Part shown: positions 1-11,492 of the stretch, one piece after another
How the letters are laid out: the number at the start of each line of letters is the position of its first letter
Numbering within the stretch: position 1 is the first letter of the stretch
Assembly (NCBI GenBank): GCA_001643675.2
Contig: LSRY02000005.1
Location: 1,922,001-1,986,000, forward strand
From: Monocercomonoides exilis PA203
Taxonomy: Eukaryota > Protista > Preaxostyla
Reading direction: 5' to 3'
Length of the DNA stretch: 64,000 bases
Program-made: the position numbers and the translations under genes
The notes under the pieces: model-generated
The model's input: only the letters and a program-made list of their open reading frames with translations
What the model was told of the DNA's origin: nothing
Databases searched by the model: none

Positions 1-782
1 TTCATCAAATGCTAGCATTCGTGCAATTTCTATCTTTGTTGCTCTGCGTGTTCTTAATAAATGAAAAAATTAGAGAGAGAGAGAAGAAAAAAGAAAAGGA
101 AGATAGAGATCAACAATTTCCAAAAAGAAAGATGAAAAGAAAACTCAAGTTTAGGAAGCATACCTTTTTGTTGTTTCTGCTGGTTGTGTTGGGTCGTTCC
201 TCTGAAATAATTAATTTATGAGAATTTTTAAAATACAAAGCAACAAATTTTGTGTGCTTATACTGATTTTCTACAAAACGGACAATACCAATGGGGTAAG
301 GTCTTTAATTCTGCTTGCCTTAACCTCACACATCTTAGATGAAACCTGTTTAAAAAAAGAATAAATTCTTGTCCAATTTCAACAATAATAATCATTAACC
401 ATTCAAAACACTTTTCGCATTGTATCATTAGTCCTATTTCAAGATGATAATTTCAATTGATCCAAATCATAAAATGTTTACAGGAGAATATCAAATTTTG
501 AAAAATTAAATTTGAAAAAATAGCAATTAACGAAGATTACAAAAGCAATTTCATAAAATTATATCACAAATTCATGATTTCATTATTTTCAATGATGGCT
601 TCTCTAAAATACTTACCGTCATCCTTTCCTTGGCAGAAGCATGCTCTTCTCTCTTCCCTTGGAGTATCTTCAAAACGCGGAAATGAATTAATTTGTAGCT
701 TCGTATTTCCATCTTCTTCAATCATTTTAATATCAGAAAATTGATCATCTTTTCGTAAACCAGTTTGTATTTCAATTTCCAT
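1..782 (-). CDS. PHD-finger protein, multi-exon, probably continues past the left window edge
   Basis: Spliced exons give ACFCQGKDDG-GLMIQCEKCFEW-FHLRCVRL...PHWYCPFC, a complete C4HC3 PHD signature. Introns are GT..AG. Further exon-like blocks lie at ~163-200 and ~1-53; if that last intron is not spliced, the gene stops at 258. Confidence 0.78.
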
Positions 783-858
783 AAAAATCTTTGAGAATTA
801 TTTGGCTACTTTTGGGATGGAGCCATACTATAAATCATTAAATAATAAATTGATTGAA
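783..858. promoter_or_regulatory. Putative compact bidirectional promoter
   Basis: Only 76 bp separate the divergent ATGs of the PHD gene (782, -) and LSM4 (859, +). Confidence 0.55.
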
Positions 859-1504
859 ATGCTTCCTTATGCAATTTTAAAATATGCAGTAAATCATCCT
901 GTTGTATGTATCTTTTGTTTTCTCAAGTTTTTAAGTGGTTTATAATTTTTCATTTTGTGAAATAATTGTTTTAGATGATTGAATTGAAAAATGGGGAAAC
1001 GTACAATGGAAAATTATCATCATGCGATTTTTTAATGAATGTCACACTCTCTGATGTTATATGCACATCGAAGGTTTGAAGCGATGCAAATTGCCAAATT
1101 TTTTGCATTTGTTGATTATTTTTATTTGTCTCAAGGATGCGCTTCGCTTTTGGAAAATTGAATCATGTTCAATTCGAGGAAATGTTATCAAATCTATTCG
1201 TGTGACGGATGATGTATGCTATTTTTTTAAAATTGTTTTCTTTCATGTTCAATTCATATATGATTCAGACTCTTGCACTTGCTCAAATTGACGCAGATGC
1301 AATGGGAGGTTTGTCAAATACTTTGTGATATTTTCTTTTTTCATCAACTTGTTTTTTGATATTTTTATACTTTTATTCTTTTCTTTTTTCTTTTTTTGTT
1401 CAGCTGCGGCATTTGATAGTCAGTTTGATGGATCCAGAGGAAGAGGAAGAGGAAGGGGAGGGTTCAGAGGAAGGGGAAGTGGAAGAGGAAAAAGTTCGTA
1501 TTGA
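859..1504 (+). CDS. LSM4: U6 snRNA-associated Sm-like protein LSm4 (5 exons)
   Basis: Spliced product [74 protein letters not shown]...[14 protein letters not shown] matches the LSm4 Sm1/Sm2 motifs and RG tail. Four GT-AG introns. Confidence 0.95.
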
Positions 1505-2021
1505 TATTTCGCTTTTTCTTTTGATATGATTTAAAGAATAATTCAAAATGCAATTCAGTTTTCATTTCGCTTTGTTTTTTTTGCATAACACATGTTAATT
1601 ATTTGTTTTAATGTTTTAAAAAATAATAATTATTATAAATACATTCATTGTTTTTGTCATATTTATTTCCTTCAACAGCCCTCTAACCGCAAAACTATTC
1701 ACTGAATTTTTTTTTTTTCTAAGGTGAAAACCGAAATAATCAACTGTAACGTTTCAAAGTTATCAATTTCTTTTCCTTTTCGTATTTCAGATGAGGGAAA
1801 ATGCTTTTCAATCAAAAACACTTTTGAAATTCTTTTTAATAATCATCATAATGATTCATTTCCTTTATTTCGCATGAAACATAAATAAAAATGAATATTT
1901 TGAAACAAATGCGTAAAAGTTTCATGGTTTTTTTTGAAAATGAAACGATGCAGAAAAGTAGAGAAAAAGAAAGAAAAAAGAAAAGAAAGCAAACTTGAAG
2001 CTGACCAAATTGAACTTTCAG

Positions 2022-4025
2022 AGGAACTGCAGCGGCAATGCTCGACCGGTCATTAAAACCTGACTTTGCCAAATCTCTATTCATTTTCTCTCGCGCGCTT
2101 TTCACTAGCCCACCCCCAAGCCCAGCCAGCCTCCCCAGCGCTGTCCCTCTTTCTTCAGATCCCGTTCTCTTCAAACACCCGCTTTTTCCATCCCTTTTCT
2201 TGTCTTCACAGCTCAGTGCAGAAACAAACGCACAATGCAGCATCTGCACAGCCACAGTCTCCAGCGCTCGCGCTGCTGTCCGCGCAGCAAGCTCCACCGA
2301 TCGCTCGCACGCAACAAACCCCACAACCTCTGCAATGAGATGCCCGGCCAGCTGGAGCAGAACACCGCACTTCTCAACAAAGCCAAACGTGATGTTGTGC
2401 TCCCGGCAGTTCGAAAAGAATTACTCAAGACATTCATGCAACAGCTCCGGCTGGTAGAACGGCTGTTCAATCACAAAGCTGCGTGTCGCAGTTGGAGAGA
2501 GACAGGCACATACCTGTGCAGAGGCACCAGCTGAGCCACATGCAGGCCGAGGAGACTTTCTCTGCACACCTGCCACCTGGTGTGGTGAGGCCGATCTGTG
2601 TGCTCCGCTCGAAGATGTCAGAGACCGAGCAGAGGCAGAATGGACAGAATCGAGGACGGAGCATGCATATGCAAAGCGGCAGTTCCGGCGAGGAGAGGAA
2701 GGAGGTAGTTTCCAGAAGCTATCTCGATATCCTCCTGCAAAAGATACGACATCCACCAGAACGCCGACGACGCTGCCAGCGTACCCTCCGAAAGATCCAC
2801 CGCACACATCCGCAGCGACTCCCACTCATCCACAAACACACAATACGATACACTAAACACCCCAATCATCCCTTTCCCTTTGCACACTTACCCGATCGCA
2901 TTCGTCGCATCCCGCAGAGCGATCGACGGCATAATTTCCTGCGGCACAACCCCCTATCGCAACAAACTCGTCCATCCCCTCTCTCTGCCTGTCCGAATTA
3001 AAATGCAACAATCATCCACCTCACGCTAAAGGTTCGTTTCCGTCTATAATAACTCCTCATTCGCATCGTTCCTTTTCTCTTGATCCCGCCTTTTCGTTCT
3101 CAAACTCTTCTCTCTTGTTATGAACAGCAAGCGCAATCACTTCTCGCAACAGAACCTCATCCTCCATCCTCATCCCCGTCGCCTCCAGCGCCTTCACCTC
3201 ACTCCTATCCTCCACTTCACACACTGCAATCCCTCATGCCATCACTCCGTCGTACAGCTCCACCGCCACATGCCTCAACTGCGGCAATCGCTACACCTTC
3301 AGCGCTCTTGCTGATTGAAGCATAGAAGGATCAAACATAACTTTGATCGACTGGAAAGCATTCACATCTTCCACCTGAAAGATCCGATTGCTTCACGACT
3401 TCGTTTCCACCAACGCAACAAACGATATAAGAAGTCCAATCAACTAAACGGAAAGGAATGTCGAAAGTGCGGTATTATAGGCACTTGCAACACCCCCATA
3501 CAACACAACCAGCTGTGTCACGCCACAACATATCCTCGAAGCATCTTCAGCACTTCAGAAATGACTTCATGTGATTTACAAACACTTCACCTTCTTCAGC
3601 TTCAACAATCCGCAACAGCCTTTCTATGTTTCCAATCGCTGCTGCTGAAGCGTATGATGCAGCCACCACCGAGGTATCCGAATGGTTATTCGCAGGTGCA
3701 GATGATGAAGAATGTGAGAGAGATTCAAATACTGATGCAGTTGCCTCCTTCTTCTTTTCGTTTCTTCTCCTCCAGAACGGTGAAGAAGAGATGCTTGAAG
3801 CTGAATACGAGGAATGTGAGGAATTGGAAGAAAATGGGGAAGTTGTTGAAGCATCAGCAATCGAAGAAGAAGAAGAGGAAGAGGAAGAAGAAGAAAGAGG
3901 AAGACAAGTGGGAGAAAAATTATATTAGTAATGTGATAATGAAGACAATGAAGGAGATGAAGGCGAATCTGAAAAAGAACTTTTCAGAGATGGTTGAGAA
4001 GAACCAACGAGAAAAAGGAGGATGA
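2022..4025 (+). pseudogene. GC-rich frameshifted gene relic (low-complexity, acidic C-terminus)
   Basis: GC is clearly above background. Protein-like text hops between overlapping + frames (2038, 2235, 2483, 3080, 3626) with no intron-like AT-rich gaps. No recognisable domain. Confidence 0.4.
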
Positions 4026-4149
4026 AAGAGTCGAAGCAAAAGTGATGGTTGCCTTTTGGCAAAAAAAAAAAAGAAGAAACAGCAGAAAAACAAAAATTGT
4101 GAAAAATATGAAGAACATGAAGGAGAAATGGAATAGAGAAAAAAAATTC

Positions 4150-5670
4150 GATTTCTGGCAAAATCTTCCTTTGATTCAGTCCAAATGAATCGATTATCCA
4201 TCCCATTGCTGCAGCATTATCAGTCTGCAAACAGAACACTAATGCAGCTTTTACATCAAAAAATCGGATAAGAGCTCAACCGGAAATCTTCAACGTTGTC
4301 CTTTGGTGTCTTTGCATGATTGTTGGAATTTATCAATTAACAACTCAAAGCTTTGGAGAAGATATGCAAAAACCAATTATTAAAGCAAAGGATACACAAG
4401 TTGCGAAGCACCAAAATGCCGAGTGTATGCTAATTAAGCTGCCATCAAGAAGACAATCAAAGCAGTTTCAACAGCAGAAACAGAACTGGAGCAATAGGCA
4501 GATTAAGACAAGGAATTATCAACTTCAGAATTCATTGGGAGTTGTTGAGCATCCCCCAAAATTGATTGACTTCAATTTGTTTCGGCATCTTATCAACTTT
4601 GTACAGTTGAGAGGAAAAAGAAATATAAGAGAAAACGGTAACCATTGCAACAAGAGGTATATGGATCCGAATAAGAAGTCCGGCTGATCATCAAAATCTG
4701 CTCAATTAAAATGAAGCACGAGAAGAAAATGAAGAAGACGGTTATGAAATATTTATATTCATGCCATTGTAACGAAGGCCAAATCCATATGTGCATGAAA
4801 TGGAAATGTAACTTCTCTTTCGCGTTGAATATTCTCCCAAAAAATAAGAAAATTACATCGCTTATTGCTTCTAATGAAATTTGATCGGAAATCTCAACAA
4901 AATGCTTCTTTGAAGAAGAACTCACTGATATTTATTATATTCTGCGCTGAAACAAAATGTATAAACATTTTGGATAGTAATAAAAATTCATCGAGACATA
5001 GGTCTTCACTTCGATTCCAAAAAGTGGTAGATTGTTCATACCACAATTGTTCTAAGCTTCTATCTGACGCTTGAATGATTTTCTTGCCTTTTTTGACAAT
5101 AAACATCCTGCTTTCCATATAGCCAACCACTTTCCTTGTTCAATTATACCACAAACTGCTCCTCATACTTATGCTCAAAATACTATATAATTTTGTGCTG
5201 ACTTTATTTTTCATCGAATTCCATCCGCATATGTACAATTCATTGAATCATTAGTTGAATTGTTTTCAGCTTTTGGTTCAACAAAAATTCAAAAAATCTT
5301 TGAGCTTGCACGTATTCTCCTATCTACAAATTGCAATACAATAATTAGCTCTATTCCTATCGTATAGCTCTGCTTTAAGAAGATTAACCATTTAAATAAT
5401 TGTTCGCATTCCTGGACTTTTGAAAGGATACAGACGGAAATATCTTCGCAATCAACAGAAAAATATAAAACAAAAAAACATATGTTGATATTTTCATTCA
5501 AAAATAAAATTGTTGTATTTCTTTTGTCTTACAATTTTCAAAAATCATCAGATTGAATTTCAAAAACAAGTTATCTCCATCATTTCTTGTTGTCATCACA
5601 GGAATTAATATTAATGATTCAAAAGTTAACATCTGCTCGCCGATCTCTCATCTTGCAAATGACTATTCCT
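4150..5670 (-). pseudogene. Possible heavily degraded coding relic
   Basis: Short hydrophobic ORF fragments on the minus strand (4593-4925, 4894-5130, 5289-5501) broken by many stops. Identity unknown. Confidence 0.2.
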
Positions 5671-5757
5671 GTATAAAAAAAATAGTTTTTTGATCAGAAA
5701 ATCCATAACAACAAACAGAAAAAAAGCGTTCTCAATCTTTGGTATTACAATTCGAAA

Positions 5758-7343
5758 ATGTCAACGCGAGGTGGAACGGTAAGAATGAATCTATTTTTTT
5801 AATCTTTTATGAGATTTTTTATTTTTCATCTGTTTCTTCTGTTCAAACATATGCAAATTTATTATGATTATTAAAAATGCGTTGTGTTCTGGCACAATTA
5901 ACTTTTAAAAATAAAGGAGACGAACAACACAAAAAAGTTGAAAGGTTTGCAAACATTATTTTGTTTGAATTTTTGTTTATTGCTATTTTAACTTTTTTAT
6001 TCAGAACGGTTTTCTGAACTGGAAGACTGCAATGAAATTGAACAGAAACAGAAAATTCAAGAAATGAACGAAATGATGGACGAAATGGTTGAAAATGAAT
6101 TTGATTATGTTTTCACGATTAAATGGTTCGACAAAATTCATGAAATGATTGAAGAAAAGAAAATGACAATGAAAAATGCAATTTTGTTACTGAAGCGCAT
6201 TGGATATTACCAAACGTTGATAAAAACATGGAGTCTACCTTTTAATAAATCTTTGTTGTTCAAGAAATTCAAAAAGATAATGGAGGAAGAAGAGAGTAAA
6301 CATGAAGGAAAGAACGAAATGCTTTTTGTTGATCTTTTTGAATGTTATCTTTTATTTAGCGTTTTTGAAACATCGAAATTGTTGCCGATCTATATGCCTC
6401 GCATTCTGAAAGTTGCGTTGAAGAAAGAGGAAAGCGAAGAAATTCAAAAAGAAGTAGAAATAGCTTTGCTGGCTTTGAGAAACGTCGATGAAGCTGTGTG
6501 AATTATTTTATTTTTTGTTTTATTTTATTTTTGAATCTAATTTGTTTTTGCATTAATTTTTGAAAGAAAATGAAAAAAGAGCGTTATTTGAATGAAATCA
6601 AGGAAATTATCAAACATCATCAGGAACACCACAATCTGACACGACTTGCGTATCTGTCTGCTTGGGAGTTTTTTGTTAACAGATTTTACAGAGACAAAAG
6701 CTTGGAAGAAGTTTTTGTGAATGAGCTGCATTTTGTGAGAGAGGCAAGACGAGAACTAGAAGAGCTTTCAAATTGTGTGAATTGGAAGAGAAAAAAAGGA
6801 GAGAATGATGGAGAGAAAGAAACGAAAGAAGAGATTCTTTTGAGGAGATGGCTTCAGGCATTGTTTTCATGCTTTTTCACATGCGAATTATGGAATGAAG
6901 AAATTGTTGAGCTTTTGGCCAGCACTGTGAAAGTATTTCGAGCATCAAAGGATAATTTCACTATCATTAACAGCTTTTGCATTTGTTTTTTTGAATCGAT
7001 AGCAGAAAACAGGGCTGTGAAGATTGATGATTTGTTGAAAGGAGGAGCATTTGATGTCATTTTGGAGGAGATTCAGCGTCCAACGATGAATAACGAAATG
7101 GCATGTGAACTTGTAGATGTTTTTGATAAGGTTTTATGGCGATTGAAAGAGGATGATGATGATGATGATGATGAAATGGAAAAAGAGAAAAGAAAAATGA
7201 TAAAAAGGAAGGTATTTGAAAAGATGGAAGAAGAAGGATATGAAGATATCATCGCAAACTTGTATGAATTACTTTATTTTCATCGCAGAAATCATTATCT
7301 TTGTTTATCGTTCGATATTTCTGATTACTTTGTGAATGCTTGA
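5758..7343 (+). CDS. Lineage-specific multicopy alpha-helical (ARM-like) protein
   Basis: Exons ATGTCAACGCGAGGTGGAACG|GTAAGA ... ERFSELEDCNEIEQKQKIQEMNE...LKVALKKEESEEIQKEVEIALLAL...|...IIKHHQEHHNLTRLAYLSAW. A close paralog with the same intron position lies at 63117-64000. Confidence 0.8.
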
Positions 7344-7876
7344 GGAAACGAAATTTTCTGAATTTTTAGACTCAAAAATTTTTTTATTCTTTGAATCGTT
7401 TCACAAAATAACAAAAAAAAATCTTTAATAGAAATGTTTTTTAAAAATTTTTGCTTCACAACTTCAATACGAAACAAAGATATTCAATTATAAAAATAAA
7501 AATAAAAATAAAAATAAAAAAGAGCAAAAACCGAAGTCATTTTTTGAAGTGTTAACGTTTCTGAATCAACCGCAACTCAACAAGTCGTTTCTATTGTATG
7601 CTTTGAACGTTCAAAGAAGAATAAATTCAGTTTTCATAACAGCTGTCTTTTTCTTTTTCAATTTTTTTTTTTTTTCCCATCAACTTATTTTATGATTCGT
7701 CTCTCTGAATGCTTGATCGAATCATTCTAATGTGAAGTATTAATGCTGTTCGACTGACAGCTTGATAATTGAAATCAGTCATTCCTTCATTAAACTTTAT
7801 TTCTTTTCAAGGCAAATGGAACTTACAAGCCGTCTCACAAAACTTTGCAATTCAAAGAAATAATCAAAGAAAGCGT

Positions 7877-7877
<1 letters not shown>

Positions 7878-7936
<59 letters not shown>
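7878..7936. repeat. Poly(T) tract, 59 nt
   Basis: Direct count. It reads as poly(A) about 35 nt after the Merlin transposase stop on the minus strand. Confidence 0.95.
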
Positions 7937-7944
<8 letters not shown>

Positions 7945-7969
7945 GAATGATTTGAGGAAATATCTGTAT

Positions 7970-9374
7970 TTATTTATCAGCCTCCCATTCAGGTGCATCA
8001 TCTCCATCCCCAACCTCATCTGATGATGTATCTGTTTCAAGTTCATAATCTGATTCTGAAGATTCTTCTTCGTGAAGCATTTCAGCCCCAGTCTCTTCTT
8101 CCTCTTCTTCTTGCCTAAATGCTTTATACTCAAGAGCTTTGAATCCTTTATCACTATATTTCAAAGCGTTCGACTAAAAATGGAAAAAATCAACTTTTTG
8201 ATTTCTGAAAAACGAAAATGTCTCGATATATTTTTGCATTCTATTTTGTCTCACTTCGTGTTAAGGAATGAACTTTCGAAGTGCAGCCCACAATGCTTCA
8301 ATATGATTAGTGCAAGCACCGATGATTGGATCTGAATAAGTGTGAAATAACATTTTATGAAAAAAGAAAAAAGAGAGATAACAAAACCTACAAAATGCTC
8401 TGAATGATTGACAGTTTTGTGTGTGAATCCATTCTAACTCAAAGAAGAATATGCTTTCATTGATCAGAGTGAATTTCTGTTCCTTGACAAATATATTTGG
8501 GTGTATACTTTTTTAATCATCTATTTTTTATCGGGGTGCTGATTTATAAAGATTATTGATTATTCGAAAGTGATTTTTAATTCAATAGAGAAAAAGCATG
8601 ATAATTGTTTTCATATACAAATGTTATGATAATACAAAAGAAAAAAATAATTTGAATAAGCCTTCTAACTCTTCACTGTTCTTTAATTGTTATTCATGAG
8701 ATATTTTTGAACCACACATTTTGTCAGAAAAAAAATGATTTCAAAAATTATCACCCATTTTTTTATGAACAAAATTTATACCGAAGCAGATCGGTTGGCA
8801 TCAGGAAAACAAATGCTTTTCCTCCACGTTCCTGAGCTCCGAAAATCCATATTTGCTTCTTATCGCGTCCGAATAAAAAAAGTTCAATTGATAATAAAGT
8901 TTCAATAGAAAAAGCATTAAAACCTCTCTTGTTTTTTCGCCTTCTCCAAACTGTTTCATCAATTTCGACGATGTGGCCAGGACCTCCTATGAGTGTTTGT
9001 ATTTTTCCATTCATCTGAGCGCATGTCCTCAGATATATGCATTAAAAATAAGAAACACTATGTCTTTCGCATTAAATGAGAGATAAAGTTTGTTTTTCAT
9101 TAAGATAATTGAAAAAAAAGATAAGGATCAGAATAAGATTAGAAATTGTGATCATCGATTTTGAGAACGGAGTTCCATTCCTGTAAGAAACTTCTTTTCT
9201 GCATTTATGGCATTTGAAAAACTATTTTCCTTCACTTCCTTTAATTGTTATCATCAATGAACGACAATTTGCAATTGGGCATTTTCATATAGCGTTCACA
9301 ACGTTATAGTGGAGCCATTGCATTGTTTCTCCATAATCGCAAATAATCTTCAACAAATTCTGTTTTTCTTCCAT
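7970..9374 (-). mobile_element. Merlin (IS1595/ISXO2-like DDE) transposase pseudogene with spliceosomal introns
   Basis: N-terminal Zn ribbon (KCPIANC...FKCHKCRKEVSYRNGTPF), then IGGPGHIVEIDETVWRRRKNKRG, WIFGAQERG, GTEIHSDQ*KAY, HKTVNHSEHFV|DPIIGACTNHIEALW: the D-D-E motifs of IS1595/Merlin. Several in-frame stops, acidic tail. TIRs not identified. Confidence 0.88.
8531..8757. mobile_element. Degenerate copy of the 258-bp TA-MITE, inside a Merlin intron
   Basis: Right end ATGATTTCAAAAATTATCACCCA matches the TIR of the MITE at 50707-50964. Left end TA|TCGGGGTG is degenerate; patchy internal similarity to 50115-50372. Confidence 0.6.
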
Positions 9375-9939
9375 TTCATAATTTAATTTTAAACGTTCAA
9401 CAATGTTTTTGGAACAATATACATCCTCATCAATATTAAAGACAAATAATCATGTGCACAAATATTTTGAAGTTTTTTGTGGGTGGATCAAATATTTTTT
9501 TAATGAATCTGATTCTTCCACTAACAAACGATTGAACTATCTTTTCAAATGTGCTTTTAACATATGATCAAAAGTTTGTCTTTTATATGGCAAGGTGGCG
9601 TATAAGAATTATATGCGGCAAATTCGCGTTATATCGGACATCGAAAAATAGATTTAATTGTTTATTGAAATGTTTATTAATCAAATATATTCATGTTTCG
9701 GTTATATAAAAAGTGCGGAAGTTAGTCAAAATCAGGTTAGAATTTATTCTTTTTCAAAAAAAAATATGATTGTGGGTCAATGAATAAAATCGAAAAATCG
9801 AAAAAATTGTCAACAGAAATGATTCATCTTCTCGTCCTGATGAATCTGCTCCATCAGACAATCCCAAGCCATCACTTTTTGGAATAATTAAACTTATGTG
9901 ATGATAAAAAAATTAATAAATTAAAAATATAAAAAATAA

Positions 9940-10016
9940 GCACTTGGCGGGATTAGAACCATTGACCATTCCAATAATTTAAGAAAAATCCTAACAACAC
10001 ATCCATTGATCCACTC
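9940..10016 (-). ncRNA. tRNA-derived relic / Pol III-like cassette (not a functional tRNA)
   Basis: Minus strand shows A-box-like TGGATCAATGG, ~42 nt spacer, B-box-like GGTTCTAATCC, then a T6 run. Cloverleaf stems do not pair well. Confidence 0.45.
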
Positions 10017-10144
10017 AAAAAGATTCTATTCAAAATTATTCTTTTATTTTTTTCCCTAACCCTAAAACAAAACAAAATTCAAAAAAGTTGATTCAAATGC
10101 AAACCCTAACGCTAAAGCCACAATTGAAACGAAAATTGATTGAG

Positions 10145-10203
<59 letters not shown>
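10145..10203. repeat. Poly(A) tract, 59 nt
   Basis: Direct count. Lies inside the 9614-10516 element. Confidence 0.95.
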
Positions 10204-10204
<1 letters not shown>

Positions 10205-10518
10205 AATAGGTCGCCAAACTTTTCCGAAAACCGTTCTAGTGAACCCCCTTCATTAATAAATGCAAAAATTCAACAAAAAACAGAATTTTTCAATTGTATT
10301 GAAAAAGCTAATATTGAACTTTGTCTGTTTTTCAATAACTTAAATTAGGAATTGACCCAAAATTGTAATATTTTCGAAACATTTTTTGTTTTTTTTTGTT
10401 GTTAATGTATTCCGCGCATTAAAACTATTTTTAAATTGAATGTAATAAATATTAAAGTGTGTCAGAAGCAAAAAAACAACAATTTGCGTTGTCCGATATA
10501 ACGCGATTATGCCCCATA

Positions 10519-11010
10519 TGCTGGGAAAAAAAACTGAATTGCCTGTAAAGTCATTCTGAGTCGATGGTGATGGGGATTCAAGATTAAGGTGTTTTCTCAA
10601 CCAGACATGGAGGCTATGTGATAATTGGTGTAGCTGTTTCTTTCATCATCAATGCTGTTGAGTTGAAAAGATATGTTTGCGTTTTGTTGAATTTAAGAAG
10701 CGAAACAAAGTTGTTTAACGATTCTTATTCAAAAAGCATTCTTTTCCGATTGACAACTTCAGTTTCATTTCGTGCTTCAATACTAATGACAAACAAAATA
10801 ACATTCCAATCATTCATTTAAACTTGAGCAGATTCTGGATGTGCCATTGAACTGTACAGAAAATATGCTCTTTTTTCTCTAACTCTTTAAGAATTTCATC
10901 CAGGATTAGACTTTTTGAAATGGCATTATTCTTCAATGCTTTTTCCATCAATGTCATCTTCGTTTCCTTCTTCTTTTTGATGCACCTCCGGTTTGCTTGC
11001 GAACATCATC
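10519..11010 (-). pseudogene. Degraded gene relic apparently interrupted by the 9614-10516 element
   Basis: MMFASKPEVHQKEKETKMTLMEKALKNNAISKSLILDEILKELERKRAYFLYSS... with stops. Coding-like text resumes at 9611 when the element and one TA are removed. Confidence 0.3.
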
Positions 11011-11492
11011 TGAATCCTACACTTTTGTTATTTATTAAAAGAAGAGAGAATGCGAAAGAAAGAAAGAAAAAGAAAGAAACTTTTCACACAGCGTAATGTG
11101 AGAAGCTCTCAAAATCTCTTCTGAAACCGCTCGGACGAAATCGCAAAAATGGAATTTTGTTGAAATTTTTTTGTATTTTGATTTCATAGTTTTATTGCGT
11201 CTTCATGCTTTTATAATAAAAATATGAAAACTTGTAAGAATGACTAAGTTAATGAAATGGCTAACACTGAAATAAAAAACACAGAAAAATAACGTTGCCA
11301 AAAAGAGTGTAAAGCACATTCATAAGTCAATTGCTCTAAGCAATGCATTCAAATGAAAAAAAAAAAAAAAAAAAAAAGAATAAGAATTTTTATAAAAAAA
11401 TTGTAAAACTTATCAGAAATTGGCCAAATATCAAAATCATTAAAATCAGCAAAACAGAACAAAATAAAAGAGTCTTTCAACGAAAATGTCTT

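Larger units (their letters stand above)
9614..10516. mobile_element. Non-autonomous TA-flanked DNA transposon (Tc1/mariner-pogo type), ~900 bp
   Basis: TIRs are TGCGGCAAATTCGCGTTATATCGGACATCG and (reverse complement) TGGGGCATAATCGCGTTATATCGGACAACG, 26/30 with a perfect 17-bp core. TA at 9612-9613 and 10517-10518. No transposase ORF. Confidence 0.82.

Noticed and set aside
7878-9374. Merlin copy as a processed retrocopy
   Set aside because: A poly(A) follows the stop, but the introns are retained.
7811-9600. Merlin TIRs (GGCAAATGG at 7811 vs GGCAAG/GGCAAT near 9589/10540)
   Set aside because: Matches are too short or in the wrong orientation, and no 8-9-bp TSD was found.
9940-10016. Functional tRNA gene
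   Set aside because: Acceptor and T stems do not pair and no anticodon arm is definable; kept only as a tRNA-like relic.
10054-10115. Interstitial telomere or chromosome end
   Set aside because: Only two isolated dimers of CCCTAA; no array.
10206-10240. Helitron 3' end (…CCGTTCTAG|T)
   Set aside because: No convincing GC-rich subterminal hairpin and no definable 5' TC boundary.
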